DNA of 64,000 nucleotides from Octopus vulgaris (Eukaryota): contig OX597822.1 in the NCBI GenBank assembly GCA_951406725.2, positions 41,478,001-41,542,000 of the forward strand, given 5' to 3'. The notes beneath the pieces were generated by a model, which saw nothing but the letters and a program-made list of their open reading frames with translations, made no database searches and was not told the DNA's origin. This document shows, piece by piece, positions 14,166 to 28,283 of this stretch (its first letter is position 1; every line of letters starts with the position of its first letter). A program made the translations under genes and the position numbers.

Positions 14166-14414
14166 GAAGGCGGTGCGTTAGCAGAATCGTTTGCACGCTG
14201 GACGAAATGCTTAGCGGTATTTCGCCCGTTGTTACGTTCTGAGTTCAAATTCCTTCGAGGTCGATTCCGCCTTTCATCCTTTCGGGGTCGATTAATTAAG
14301 AACCAGTCAAGTACTGAGGGGTCGATGTAATCGACTAACCCTATTCCCCACAAATTCCTGGCATTGTGCCTATAGTAGAAAGGATCATTATTATTATTAT
14401 TATCATTATTATTA

Positions 14415-14505
<91 letters not shown>

Positions 14506-14720
14506 CGAAATCATCATTTTCGTTATTGGCAGACTTGTCACCGCGTCGGACAAAATGCATTGCGTTATTTACATTCTGCGTTTGATTCCCACCGAAGTCA
14601 ACTTTGTCTCTTATCCTTTCTGGGCCGATAAAATGAAGCACTAGGCAAATATACTTGGGTTAAAATAACTGTCGGTTCCTCTCCCCACATAACTACTGGC
14701 TCGGTCCCTAAATTTGAAAC
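13730..14720 (+). mobile_element. Head-to-tail array of four SINE C copies separated by (ATT)n
   Basis: Clear copies at 13885-14098 and 14166-14385; degraded copies at about 13730 and 14530. Confidence 0.8.
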
Positions 14721-14755
<35 letters not shown>

Positions 14756-14904
14756 ACGACAAAAACTACGACTACGACGACGTGAAAAACGACAAAGTTC
14801 CTATGTGATCGTAATGTCGGAACCATTATCATCAAATTTTCTCTACTTTCAAAGAACGATCTTCGACTGTTGCTGATATTTTATCAGCTTGGTGCATAAT
14901 TATT

Positions 14905-15085
14905 GCGGCTTTTTTGTCAATAAATTTTATTCAACAAAAGCAACAACAAACATTTAACAAAAACATCTTTAAATGATTATTCCGGAGCATATTCACCATC
15001 TACTTCTATTCCTGCTTGGCATTTTGTTTAAATTGGCGTTTTGTTAAAATTTTTGTTGAATAAAATTCATTGGAAAAAAAGCCGT
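14905..15085. mobile_element. MITE-like imperfect inverted repeat
   Basis: GCGGCTTTTTTGTCAATAAATTTTATTCAACAAAA pairs with TTTTGTTGAATAAAATTCATTGGAAAAAAAGCCGT. Confidence 0.6.
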
Positions 15086-15253
15086 GTCGATTACATCGAC
15101 CCTGGTATTTGGCTGGTTCTTAATTTATCAACCCCGAAAGGATGAAAGGCAAAATCGACCTCGATGGAATTTGAACTTAGAACGTAACGGCAGACGAAAT
15201 ACGGCTACGCATTTCGCCCGGCGTGCTAGCGATTCTGCCAGCTCACCGCCTTA
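15086..15253 (-). mobile_element. SINE family C
   Basis: CCCCGAAAGGATGAAAGGCAAA...CTGCCAGCTCACCGCCTT. Confidence 0.8.
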
Positions 15254-15778
15254 CAGCTGCCTATATATAACGTTCTCTCATATGGTATACACAAGACCAA
15301 CCATGTGTTATTGCAGAAATCGTGTAGATTAGAAAATACATACCCTTTTATGTGCCTGAGTGAAATCCTATAGGGGCCACAATATAAACCATGCATGACA
15401 TAAGGGGCTAATGATGTAGTGAGGTAGAAGTATTCCGTATAGTATTTCCTGTGCAGAGGGATGGAACCTGTACCATCAGTTCTTCAAGAGAATCACTAAC
15501 ATATAACTGGAGACATTTAATTAAATGCTTTCCCCACCCATCCACGATCCCTTGTCTTCTTCTCCTAACAAATTAGATTTTTTTGAATAAATCATTTGTG
15601 TCATTTATCGTACGGGTTATGATGATGATGACGATGATGATTACGATGATGATGCACTACAGCTTGGCCGGAAGAGAATGACTCGAGGTAATTACAGAAG
15701 TCAATTGCAATGGCGATAGTGATTGTGGTGGTGGTGGTGGTGGTGGTGGTGGTGGTGGTGGTGGAGGTGGAGGCGGCG

Positions 15779-15898
15779 GCGAAGGCGGAGCCGGCGGTGA
15801 AGGCGGAGCCGGCGGTGAAGGCGGAGCCGGCGGTGAAGGCGGAGCCGGCGGTGAAGGCGGAGCCGGCGGTGAAGGCGGAGCCGGCGGTGAAGGCGGAG
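15779..15898. repeat. 18-bp GC-rich minisatellite (GTGAAGGCGGAGCCGGCG), about 6.5 units
   Basis: Perfect units directly visible inside (GGT)n/(GAT)n. Confidence 0.9.
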
Positions 15899-15935
15899 GT
15901 GGAGGTGGTGGCGACGATGACGACGATGGTGATGT

Positions 15936-15975
<40 letters not shown>

Positions 15976-16771
15976 ATGACGACAACGAAGAGGTGGAGAA
16001 GGAAAAAGACGAGATGAGGAGGAAAAGGAGGAGGGGGAGGATGGTGGTTACAATGATGATGTTGACAATGATGATGCTAAGATGGTAATGATGATGCAAT
16101 AGTGATGGTGGCGTTGGTGATTTAGTGGTGGTGATGGTAGTGGTGGTGGTGATAGTGGTGGTGGTGGTTAATGAAGGTGGCACTAGTGTTGACGGTGGCA
16201 CTGGTGTTCTGGCTGTTATAAAGGGAGGTAGGAGTGAGGAGGTGGTGAGGATGACGGTGGTAATGGTGGTGGTGGTGGCTGTGGTGGTGGCGGTGGTGGT
16301 GGAGGTGGTGGTGGTTGTGGTGGTGGCGGTGGTGTAGCCTGTAATTGAAATTATTTGTCTTTGTTGTTGCGGTCTCAGTACTTAGAACATTTGTCAAACA
16401 AGAGAAAAATGGTTTCCATCATCAAGAATTCCCACAAAAATGCTGTAATGTATCAAGATATATGGATTTTAACGTTACATTTATACCATCACCGCACGTA
16501 GAAATACGCACACACACAGATATACACACTCACAGAAATACATATGGCCAAACTCATATAACTAAACGAGTTGTTTCACACGTGTGCGAATGTAAGTAAA
16601 CATAATATACATACATACATACATATATATATATGCATATATATAAACATATACATATATACAATATATGTACATATATATGTATTCACACACATACACA
16701 GACATGTATATATATATAAATATATATATATGCATATATACATATACACGGATATATATATATATATATAT

Positions 16772-16836
<65 letters not shown>

Positions 16837-16910
16837 CAAATATATATGTATACATTTATACATATGTTCATGTAAATGTAGTTATACATATACACACAAA
16901 TGCACATATA

Positions 16911-16995
<85 letters not shown>

Positions 16996-17744
16996 ATGGG
17001 TTTGCGTGTGAATATGTGTGTACGTACGACGTTGTATGTGAGCACATATATGTGTGTATATATGCACATGTGTGTATGTGCGTATACATATATAAATCTA
17101 TAAAATGTATAAACACAAACATATATATATAATACATACACGTGTGTGTATGTTTGTGTGTGTAGGTGTGTGTGCGTGTGTGTATATGTTTGTGTATGTG
17201 TGTGTGCGTGTGTGTGTGTATGCGTGCGTGTGCATAAATACCAACATTATTTCTGTATCACTATAACCCAGATATTATTTACATCAACGTTTGCTATTAG
17301 TTTTTGTTACAGTCGTCTATTATTTTTATAAACACAGCGTATGTGGTTATTTACACATGAGCACACTTTACAGATCCGCCACACACGGATGTATAACCAG
17401 ACATATGTAAACACTGCCATACATACGCAGGTACATGTATATGTATATATGTGTGCGTGTTCGTGCGTGCGTGCGTGTGTGTACGTAGTTGTACATATAC
17501 ATATGTGTGTGTACATGCACGCGCATATATATGTGCATGTATATATATGTGTGTATATGTGTTGATAGATGCTAGAGGAGCTTTCCGTGATAGCCACATG
17601 ATTCTATGAATCTATATATTACACTACAAATTTACACACACATATACATACACACACACAAATATGTGTATATTTATATTTATATATATATGTATGTATG
17701 CATGTATATATTTACACACGCACACACACACACACACATATGCT

Positions 17745-17801
<57 letters not shown>

Positions 17802-17920
17802 TGACAAACAGACAGACAGACAGACTAAAGATCCTGTCAATGCCATCTAAATACAGATACTGTATGTGTTTGTGTGTTTGTGTAAGCATATACATATACG
17901 TTTGTGTATGCATATACATA

Positions 17921-18429
17921 CCGTAGATCCTCGAGTATAGTCCACCCTTGAGTATAATACGCAGGGGATTTTTAGGGGGCTGTACCTCTGAAAAACCTAA
18001 ACCTTGTGTATAATACGCACCCCTTCTCTAAATTGAGTCAAGGAGGCCTATATAACGTCCTTGGTTTGTAAAAATGTATACGGTAATGTCCGTTATTATT
18101 ATTGCATATATAACATAATGCAAACGTGTAGCTTTTTTGTGCATTTTGTGTGCAGAAAATAAAGAAATAACAGTAATAACAGCAATAACGTTTAATAAAT
18201 GTTGTTTACTGCAAGTTATGGGTGATCCTTTTATGACTTCATTGCTTTCAGGCTTAGCTTAAGGTATTTTCGCGCCCGACATCACAAAATGTCTGAGTAA
18301 ACATTACGGACAGCAAATAAAGACTCGGACATTACTTAGAAAATGTTTTTCATTTTAAACCTCGTACGCACTAAGGATTTTGACCTTTAAATTTTGGGGA
18401 AAAAATACAGATTATACTCGAGGATTTAC
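17921..18429. mobile_element. Non-autonomous Tc1/mariner/pogo-type DNA transposon
   Basis: TA-CCGTAGATCCTCGAGTATA ... TATACTCGAGGATTTAC TIRs; internal subterminal GTATAATACGCA repeats. Confidence 0.75.
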
Positions 18430-18720
18430 ACACACATATAGGTATGACATGCAACAGAAGCAGCATTAGATTAAAGTAAGCATGTACGTATCGTATATTA
18501 ATATTCATTTTTATGTCGAATTATAATTTTAAAAAAGTACTCCATCCAGTGACAGTTGACTATCATTTAATATACATAAGAAGAAAAACCGAGGGATATA
18601 GTGTAATATGTAGATTTTCACCGCAAATTTATATCTCAGCGATGATTGTCATGACAGCGACGTTGAATTGGGGACTCTTTTTTAAATCCTGTGTATATTG
18701 AATGGTATATATGCTTACGT

Positions 18721-19020
18721 GGAGGCGCAATGGCCCAGTGGTTAGGGCAGCGGTTTTGCGGTCGTAGGATCGCGGTTTCGATTCCCAGACCGGGCGTTGT
18801 GAATGTTTATTGAGCGAAAACACCTAAAGCTCCACGAGACTCCGGCAGGGGGTGCTGGCGATCCCTGCTGTACTCTTTCGCCACAACTTTCTCTCACCTT
18901 TCTTCTGTTGGCCTGCTCGCTTAGCCAGCGGGGTGGCGTCAGTTGAAGGCTAAAACAGTGCGAAGCGCATTGTGACTAGCGATGTACAGCAGCATCTGAT
19001 AGCCTGGTCAGTCACGGTGA
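18721..19020 (+). mobile_element. SINE family A, full length, tail type 1
   Basis: A and B boxes present; target-site duplication (TSD) ATATATGCTTAC on both sides. Confidence 0.9.
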
Positions 19021-19382
19021 TATATGCTTACATATAGAGTCGAAGCATTGTTGTAACCATGATATTCTGATGAGCTGATGAGCTAGCTTTATTTGCACTG
19101 ATTTTGTAAATATAATGCGTAGTATGTATATTAATGCTAAAATAGTCTAGTGTACACTGAAATTATAATTACACGATGAAGACTACGAAACGGCTGTAAT
19201 GATAAGAATAACAAGTAGTTAAATACATATATTCACCTCTCGTACCTGAATTTTATGGCTATTGCACCTCCGTCCCATTTTATTTGTGAGGTGCATGTAT
19301 ATAAAAGGTGCAGTAGTGGTGTGTGGTTATAACCTCGAGCCGACCAAAGCCTTTGGAAGACGGAAGCTGAAAGAACCCCGTC

Positions 19383-19482
<100 letters not shown>

Positions 19483-19504
19483 TACTCTTTTATACTCTTT
19501 TACT

Positions 19505-19867
19505 CTTTTACTTATTTCAGTCATTTGACTGCGGCCATGCTGGAGCACCACCTTTAGTCGAGCAACTCGACCCCGGGACTTATTCTTTGTAAGCCCAGTA
19601 CTTATTCTATCGGTCTCTTTTGCCGAACCGCTAAGTGACGGGGACATAAACACACCAGCATCGGTTGTCAAGCAATGCTAGGGGGACAAACACAGATACA
19701 CACACACACACGCACACACACACATACACATATATATATATACATATATACGATGGGCTTCTTTCAGTTTCCGTCTACCAAATCCACTCACAAGGTGCCA
19801 CGCAGTGGACTGAACCTGGAACCATGTGGTTGGTAAACAAGCTACTTACCACACAGCCACTCCTGCG

Positions 19868-19870
<3 letters not shown>
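19505..19870 (-). mobile_element. SINE family B
   Basis: Reverse complement of 38061-38465 with an internal deletion. Confidence 0.85.
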
Positions 19871-19939
<69 letters not shown>

Positions 19940-19954
19940 TTATTTATATATATA

Positions 19955-20321
19955 CTAGCAGTATCGCCCGGCGTTGCTCAAGTTTGTAGGGAAATAACTA
20001 TAAAGCATTTTTAGAGAGTTATAGCCCAAAAATATATAAATGGAAAAAAAATTATGGTAAATTTGTTTGAGAGTTACAAAGGTGGAGTTGCGTCCCCTAG
20101 ACGGTCTGTGGTTTGGGTTTCTGATTGTCGACCCCATGTTGAATTTATCGATCTATTTCAGAACTGGGGGAACTTTTCAAAATTTTCGCTGCGTTAGTTT
20201 TGAATTATGACATTGGGCTATGTGTGTGTCAAGTTTCATCAGAATCGGTTGAAAGCCGTGGTCAGAGTGAGGTACGAGAAAACAGACACACAGAAAATAC
20301 AGACAAAGTTATTTATATAGA
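19955..20321 (-). mobile_element. Non-autonomous Helitron
   Basis: Minus strand starts TC(TATATAAAT) and ends with a degenerate hairpin plus CTAG; inserted between A and T in (TA)n; 3' end shared with 33189. Confidence 0.7.
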
Positions 20322-20348
20322 TATATATATAATTTCAAGCAATATATA

Positions 20349-20489
<141 letters not shown>

Positions 20490-20506
20490 CACACATGTGT
20501 GTGTAA

Positions 20507-20737
20507 AAGCAGGGAGATAGCAGAATCGTTAGCACGCCGGGCGAAATGCTTTGTAGTATTTCGTCTGCCGTTACGCTCTGAGTTCACATTCCGACGAGGT
20601 CGACTTTGCCTTTCATCCTTTCGGGGTCGATTAAATAAGTACCAGTTACGCACTGGGATCCATGTAATCGACTTAATCCCCTTGTCTGTCCTTGTTAGTC
20701 CCCCCTATGTTTAGCCACTTGTGGGCAATAAAGAAAT
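20507..20737 (+). mobile_element. SINE family C
   Basis: GCAGAATCGTTAGCACGCCGGGCGAAATGC...GGGCAATAAAGAAATA. Confidence 0.85.
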
Positions 20738-20937
20738 ATATATATGCATGTGTGTGTGCGCGCATGTGTGTGTGTGTGTGTGTGTGTGTGTGAGTTGTGC
20801 TTCTTTGTTTCCTACCACTATTTGATAACTAGTGTCGGTTTGCTTGTGTCTCCGTAACTTAGCAGCTCGACATGAATAAAATGACTGAAACAAGTGATAG
20901 ACAAAGTATAAAATGTACATATACGAACATAATTTTG

Positions 20938-23507
20938 AATGGTTTGAGCGACCTCATCTCGTCCTCCCGTCTCCCCCACACCGCATACAACCTCATTGTG
21001 CGAACCCCACGCACCCCCACCATTTACTTCCTCCCCAAAATCCACACACCCAACAACCCTGGCTGCCCCATCGTCTCCGCCTGCCCCACGGAGCTCATCT
21101 CAAATTACCTCGACCGTGTCCTTGCCCCCTAGTGGCGTCTCTTCCCTCCAACATCCACGACATCAACCATGCTCGCCGGCTTTTCAACTCTTTCTCCTTT
21201 CATCCCGGCTCCTCCAAAATACTTTTTACAATGGACATCCAGAGCCTCTATACCGTCATCCCTCACCACGAAGGACTGCGGGCACTTCAACACTTTCTCG
21301 ACCTCCGCCCCAACCCCCAACCCGACACCTCCACCCTCATTCGTCTGGCCGAACTTGTCCTTTCTCTTAACTGCTTCTCTTTCGCGGGCGAGTTCTACCA
21401 ACAGTTCTCGGGGGTGGCCATGGGAACGCGAATGGGCCCCAACTATGCGAACCTGTTCGTTGGCTATGTTGAGGCCCAAATATTCTCTAGTTTCACTGGT
21501 CCCACTCCCGAACTATACGGTCGTTACATTGACGACATTATCGGTGCCACCTCACTCTCCCGTGAACATCTAGATTCCTTCCTCTCTTTCGTTCAATCCT
21601 TCCATCCTGCCCTCCACTATCTCCAACACCTCTGTCTCCTTCCTCGACATTTCGGTCAGCATCCATCACTCCACTCTTACCACATCCATTCACTACAAAC
21701 ACCACACAGACACACACTCATACCTAAACTACCTAAACTCCCACCCCAAACACACCAAGCTTTCCATCCCCTATTCCCAATTCCTCCGTCTACGTAGGCT
21801 CTGTAGTGACGACCATGACTTTGAGACTCAGTCTCAACTCATGGCTCGCCACTTCATCCTACGTGGAGACCCCCCTCACCACTATCCACACCGCCCTTGC
21901 CAGAGCACGTTCCGTAGACCGTGCATCTGCTCTCTCCACCCGAACCCGCCCTGTAGTCTCCCGCCTCCCTTTTCCCCTCACTTACCATCCCACGACCCTA
22001 CCTCTCCAACGCACCATTCTTCGAGCTTTCCGGCATCTCCAGTCCGACCCGTCCACTTCACACCTCTTCCCTAACCGACCCCTCCCCTCCTTCAAACGAG
22101 CCCATAACCTACGAGACCTCTTGGTCCACAGCTCCTTCCCTGACCCTACCTCCCAACCTGGCTCGTTCCCCTGCCCCCGCCCACGTTGACGCACTTGCCC
22201 TTACCTCTCCAACACCACCCTCCTCACTGGCACCCATCATCGACCCTATCGCATCATCAACTCCTTCAGCTGCACCTCCAGCAATATCATCTATTGCATC
22301 ACCTGCTCTCTCTGCCATTCCTTGTACATCGGACAAACGGGACACCGCTTGGCTGACCGGTTCGCGGAACACCTCCGTGACATCCGCCTTGCCAACGACA
22401 CACCGGTCTCACGCCATTTCCGCTCCACCGATCACTCCTTGGAACACCTGTCTGCGTTCGGATTGTCCTTGCACAGAGGCCATCCGGATTCCTGTTTGCG
22501 CCGTGAACAGGAATTATTATCTTCTCTCTTCGCTCCTTCACGCCATTTGGTCTCAACTCTCCCCACCTTCTCATCTAACCTAACCCCCCCCGACTCCTAC
22601 TTCTCTTCAGTCCTTCATCTTTTCACCCCACTCTCTTTCCCTCCTCTTCTTTCCTCTTTCTTCTTTCCTCTTCCCCTTCTCTCTTTCTCTGTGCTCCCTC
22701 ACTCCCCTTCTCTCCCACTCCCCTCCCCTCCTCCTTTCCCACCCCTCCTCTTCTTCTCTCCTTCCTTCTCCCCGCTCTCACCCTCACTCTTCCCTCTCCT
22801 CTCATTCCTTCTTCCCCCCTCCCTTCCCTCTCTCCTCTCCTCTCCTTCCTTCTTCATCCCTCACCCCCTCATCTCATCTCTCCTCCCTCCTCCTCCCCTC
22901 TCCCCCTCATCTCCTCTCTACCCTCCACCTCATCTCTCTTCCCTCCTCCACTCCTCCCTCCCTCTTTTCTCCCCCTTCACTCTCCCCACAACCCCCACTC
23001 TACCCCAACCCCCAGCCGAACCCACACCCCACATGGGCTTTCCCCACCTCCCACCACACTACACTACACTATACCACCACACTACACTACACTACACCAT
23101 ACGACACTACACTACACCATACGACATTACACATCACATCATACATACATACACACGTCCAGACCTTTCATACGCACATACATACTCTCTCATACACACA
23201 CTCACCCTTATGTTGGGGCGAGGTCATTTAACGCTGTTATCTCCCCTACTTTCCCTCTTGCGTCTAACGTCTGATCTCTGACTTCTGGCTGAAATCAGAC
23301 CGCCATGTTGATTCATTAGCTCCTGCACGCATTTTTTTTCTCTCCTTGTTTCTCTCCGTGTTTCTTTTCTGTGTATCTTTCTGTTGAAGAGCGTAGGCTC
23401 GAAACGTAAAAGACTTGTTTTATTTCCATTCCTGAGCGCCATACTAATACAATTGTTTGTACTCCACCTGCCTTCGTATTTGTTTATTTTCGTAAAGCTT
23501 CCTGTTA
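20938..23507 (+). mobile_element. Penelope-like retroelement (same family as 7219-9550), 5'-truncated and frameshifted, with 3' pLTR
   Basis: YFLPKIH, MDIQSLYT, GVAMGTRMGPNYANLF, RYIDD, YIGQT; pyrimidine tract 22580-23050; pLTR at about 23225-23507. Confidence 0.93.
23376..23413 (+). ncRNA. Minimal hammerhead-like motif in PLE pLTR (CUGUUGA core variant)
   Basis: UCUUU-CUGUUGA-A-GAGC-GUAG-GCUC-GAAAC-GUA-AAAGA; 5-bp stem I; loopless palindromic stem III (ACGU). Confidence 0.75.
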
Positions 23508-23529
23508 TATGTATATATATATAATGTTC

Positions 23530-24005
23530 TTTTATTCTTTTATTTATTTCAGTCATTTGACTGCGGCCATGCTGGAGCACTGCCTTCTCATCGAAGAAAT
23601 CGACCCCAGGACTTATTGTTATTAAGTCTCGTACTTATTCTATCGGTTCTTTTACCAAACCGCTAAGGTACGGGGACGTAAACAAACCAACATCAGTTGT
23701 CACTCGAAGATGGGGCGGACAAACAGAGACACTAAGACACACACAAATAAGTATATACATATATATATATACTTACATATATGTGTGTATGTATCCATGC
23801 ATGTATGTATGGATGTATGTAAGTATATATTTGTATGTCTGTGTTTGTCCCCCCCCCCGTTTCACTAGCAGTTCGGCAAAAGTGATCCGATAGAATAAGT
23901 ACTATGCTTACAAAGAATAACTAGTGGAGTCGATTTGTTCGACTAAATGTGGTGCACTAGCTTGGCCGCAGTCAAATTACTGAAACAAATAAAAGAATAA
24001 AAGAA
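23530..24005. mobile_element. Two SINE B 3' halves in opposite orientation
   Basis: 23530-23745 on minus and 23835-24005 on plus; both match the B 3' module. Confidence 0.75.
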
Positions 24006-24046
24006 TATATATATATATATATATATATAATGGATTGTTTTGTTTC

Positions 24047-24151
<105 letters not shown>

Positions 24152-24517
24152 ATGTGCGTGTGTATGTATGCGTGCATATATGTATAATATTACAAGTTTG
24201 CTAAATGGAAGGTGTGGAGTTGCAAATCGGTGCCATTTGTCGTGGAAGTCATTACATGCATGATGCTAAAGTTGGATTGGTTTTACAAGTTCTTATTCCA
24301 AGAAAGATCGTTAAATCAAAACTACTCACCTCGCTGACCTCACTTAATGTAACACGAGGCCGACGCAACAACATGGAAGAATCACGATAGAACGATGTAT
24401 ATTCTGTGGTGTGTATGTGAAGGAGAGAGGGGGAGAAATACGCAGGGAAAGGAAGAGGGAGAGAGAGTGAGATTTGATGTATGCATGTACGTTTGTGTGT
24501 ATGCATGCATGTATGTA

Positions 24518-24607
<90 letters not shown>

Positions 24608-24763
24608 CATATATACATACATACATTTGTGTATTTGTGCATATATGTTGTATATATATGTGTGTGTGTGTGTGTGTGTATTACATATTTTATATATTTG
24701 TATATATATAATATACATCATATATATGTGCGTATATATATATATTATATATCATAGATATTC

Positions 24764-24797
<34 letters not shown>

Positions 24798-25166
24798 GTG
24801 TGTGTGTATATATATGTATGTATGTAGATACATATATATACACACACTCATGGTTGTAAATCTTTCAACGTTTTAATTATATTGTACACAAATGCATTCA
24901 ATTTTATTAATAGGTATATATTTGATAAACACGCATATACGCACACACACACACACACACACACACACTTAAACGAATATGTACATACACGTATATATTT
25001 ATACATATACAAAATTAATAGATAGATAGATATAGATGTACATATGTATGTGTGTGTGTGTGTGCTTCTACGTGTGCATGTATGTGTGTACTTATATATA
25101 TATACATACATACATATATATATATATATATCTTTATATATATATATATATATATATAAAGATATA

Positions 25167-25198
<32 letters not shown>

Positions 25199-25280
25199 CC
25201 TACGTACATATGTATTTTTGTTTGTGCATGTGCGTGTTTGCGTGTGTGATTGTCTGTGTGTGTGTGGGCATGTGTGTGTA

Positions 25281-25334
<54 letters not shown>

Positions 25335-25479
25335 TGCCTGCGTGCGTGTGTGTGTTGCACTTTGGGAATTGAAAAACCGCCTATGAAAAAGCAGCTTTGT
25401 ATTCAGAGCGTAACTACAGACAAGTTTACGTAAGCAGGGCAAATATCTACGAATACAGTCTTACAAAACAGCTGCACAG

Positions 25480-25700
25480 AAATCTCACGCACGAAACATA
25501 ATTGCAGGCAAACCGAGCACGGAAGAAAGAACGCCTGCTCACAAAGTACAAATCCATAGCCTTCTGGAACACGCTTATTTCTGCTGTATTAATGCCAACA
25601 AATTTGTTGCAGTCCACAACAAAGCTGTCAGGATCATTGTATTTATGGAGTTGATCCAGAGAAAAATCTCACTACATTGTAACACTGGTTACTCATGCAG
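25480..25700 (+). mobile_element. Highly degraded LINE RT C-terminal fragment (clade uncertain)
   Basis: Fragments YKSI, LEHA and AVHNKAVRII resemble the YK...RP.LEY...VQNKA.R motif. Confidence 0.35.
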
Positions 25701-25843
25701 AATTGCAATATAGAATGCACAAAAGACACATAACTGGGGGCAACACTACCATTGAAGAATATAGGGTATCCTTTTAGAAGGGTCAGTAGATTAATGTCGC
25801 ATCACTCGATGCTAAATTTAGGAATGCTTCAGTTTTTTATTGT

Positions 25844-26139
25844 GGAGGCGCAATGGTCCAGTGGTTTGGGCAGCGGACTCGCGGTCGGAGGATCGCGGTT
25901 TCGGCGTTGGGGCGTTGTGCGTGTTTATTGAGCGAAAACACCTAACTGCTCCACGAGGCTCCGGCAGGGAGTGGTGGTGACCCCTGTTGTACTCTTTGGC
26001 CACAACTTGCTCTCACTCTCTCTTCCCGTTTCTTGAGTAACGCTGCGATGGACTGGCGTCCCATCCAGCTGGGAGGAACACATACGCCACAGAAACCGGG
26101 AAACCGGGCCCATGAGCCTGGCTAGTGTTGAAAAGGGCG
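25844..26139 (+). mobile_element. SINE family A, tail type 3
   Basis: A head, then CTGCGATGGACTGGCGTCCCATCCAG...CAGAAACCGGG. Confidence 0.8.
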
Positions 26140-26765
26140 TTATCAGTTTTCTATTATAAGTGAGTGCTACTTTCTTTAGCTTTCTACTACAAGTGAACGT
26201 TGCGGGTCTCCGGCGGGTGACCTGTAGAGTGTACAAGATGGGAACTATACGAAAGTGGGTAATGATGGTTAGACAGTGAAAACTGTAATATTTCGGTCAG
26301 ATTATTTTGGCTCAGAACCTCTGTCTCGCATCCTCGGGGACTGGGTGGGCGAAAAATTGTGCTTGTGGGCAACAATGACGAGACAGAACGATGAAACCAA
26401 GGAGTACATTAGAGCTGGTGACCTTGGTGGATTGTGCGGTTTTAGCAGAAACGTATTGCGAGGAGTGATGGCTATGTTCGAGGCACCCAACGCTCAACAG
26501 TGAAGAGGGGAATATTCGTTCATTCACTTCTGCACTTCGATCTCAGATTTTGGAACAAATATAAACAAACTGCTACCGCATCTATTCTCAACTGACAGCA
26601 TCTATATAAAAGCCGAATACACACGCAGCTCTTGTCACAAACGTGCGGCGTCGGAAAATCGGAAAATCGGGAAATCTATGAAGCAATGCTTGGCCAACTG
26701 GAAAGCTATTGTTGATAACATTGATGTTCATAAAAGCATCATAAAAATAATAAAATTATATATAT

Positions 26766-27095
26766 GCGCAGGCGTGATTGTGTGATGAGAAACTTGCTTC
26801 TCAACCACATGGTTCCGCGTTCAGTCCTACTGCGTGACACCTTGGGCAAGTGTCTTCTACTTTAGCTGCGGAACAACCAAAGCCTTGTGTGTGGATTTAG
26901 TAGACGGAAACTGAAAGAACCCCGTCTTGTGTGTGTGTATATATGTGTGTGTGTGTCTTTGTACCTCTGTTTGTCTGCCACCATCGCTTGAAAACGGTGT
27001 TGGTTTGCTAACATCCCCGTGAATCAGTGGTTCAACTAAAACACTTTAAGGCGGTGCCCTTATCAAATGACTGAAAGAAGTAAAAGATAAAAGAT
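26766..27095 (+). mobile_element. SINE family B
   Basis: CCTTGGGCAAGTGTCTTCTAC...GACGGAAACTGAAAGAA...AAATGACTGAA. Confidence 0.8.
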
Positions 27096-27121
27096 AAAAG
27101 AAATATATATGTATGTGTGTA

Positions 27122-27188
<67 letters not shown>

Positions 27189-27299
27189 TATATATGTACA
27201 TATACATACACGCACATACATATATATATATACGTACGTACGTACATATGTATGTATACATATATATATATGTATGTATGAATGTTTGTATGTATGTAT

Positions 27300-27797
27300 A
27301 TATGTATATGAAAATGTTTGTTACACTTTATCCGGTAGCATGGGGTATTGTCGATAAAGCTACTGTAGACGTTGTCCATCTGAGAAGTTCACGATATTGA
27401 AAAGCCAGCGACATCTTCCAACTGGAGTTCAGAACTGTTGTCTAACTGTTGGTATCAGATGAAGTTTCTCTTCAATAGTTACCATATTACAGAAGACCAC
27501 TACAACTTGAATTGTCACTGAAAATTGCCACGATTGACCTGAATTCTTATCTGAAAAACTCTGAGGACTAGATGCTAAAACTTGTTTAAAGTACGAAAAC
27601 ATCAAAAAATTATGTTCAGTAATAAATATTTGAGAGAATTCCAAATAAAAGAAGTCCCAGAAGTAGATGAACAAGCGCAGAAAAAGCTAAACAGGAAAAT
27701 CCTTACTAATAATGCAGACTTAAGTAATCTTACCGGAAAATGGCAGGAAAAACAACTTCATGGTTAATACCTAGAGAAAGAGAGAGAGAGAGGGTGT

Positions 27798-27853
<56 letters not shown>

Positions 27854-28090
27854 GATCCAACAATACTGATGCTGACAAAACTTTAACCCATCGGTGGTTA
27901 GCATCCTCTGGTTTAAAGTCAAAGACAGAAGGGTTTATTACAATATTTCAGAATCAATGGCTATCTACAAGATGCTATCAGGCCAACATCTTAAAGAATG
28001 GCCGTAAGCCAAAACATCGAGTGTGTAAATAAACAGCCTGGAACTATCACATGAGACTTGGACTCAGCTCCTACAAAGGCAATGTAAAAC
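27300..28090 (+). mobile_element. R4-clade LINE internal remnant (post-RT, zinc-knuckle region)
   Basis: WQEKQLHG...HRWLASSGLKSKTEGFI...QNQWLSTRCYQANI; interrupted by (AAAG)n; ends at (AAT)n. Confidence 0.7.
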
Positions 28091-28110
28091 CCAGACAGCA
28101 AAATAATAAA

Positions 28111-28283
<173 letters not shown>

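Noticed and set aside
13730-14720. CRISPR-like repeat/spacer periodicity
   Set aside because: The units are SINEs separated by microsatellite, in a eukaryotic context with no cas genes.
18721-18795. tRNA gene candidates at SINE heads
   Set aside because: A/B boxes run into SINE bodies with TSDs; no clean cloverleaf or terminator.
19167-19200. ATTACA-CGATGA...GAAAC-GGC-TGTAAT hammerhead-like
   Set aside because: Good stem I, but it needs two core deletions and has no stem II.
22560-23281. Pro/Leu/Ser-rich extension of the 319-aa ORF
   Set aside because: Frameshift read-through into the PLE polypyrimidine tract.
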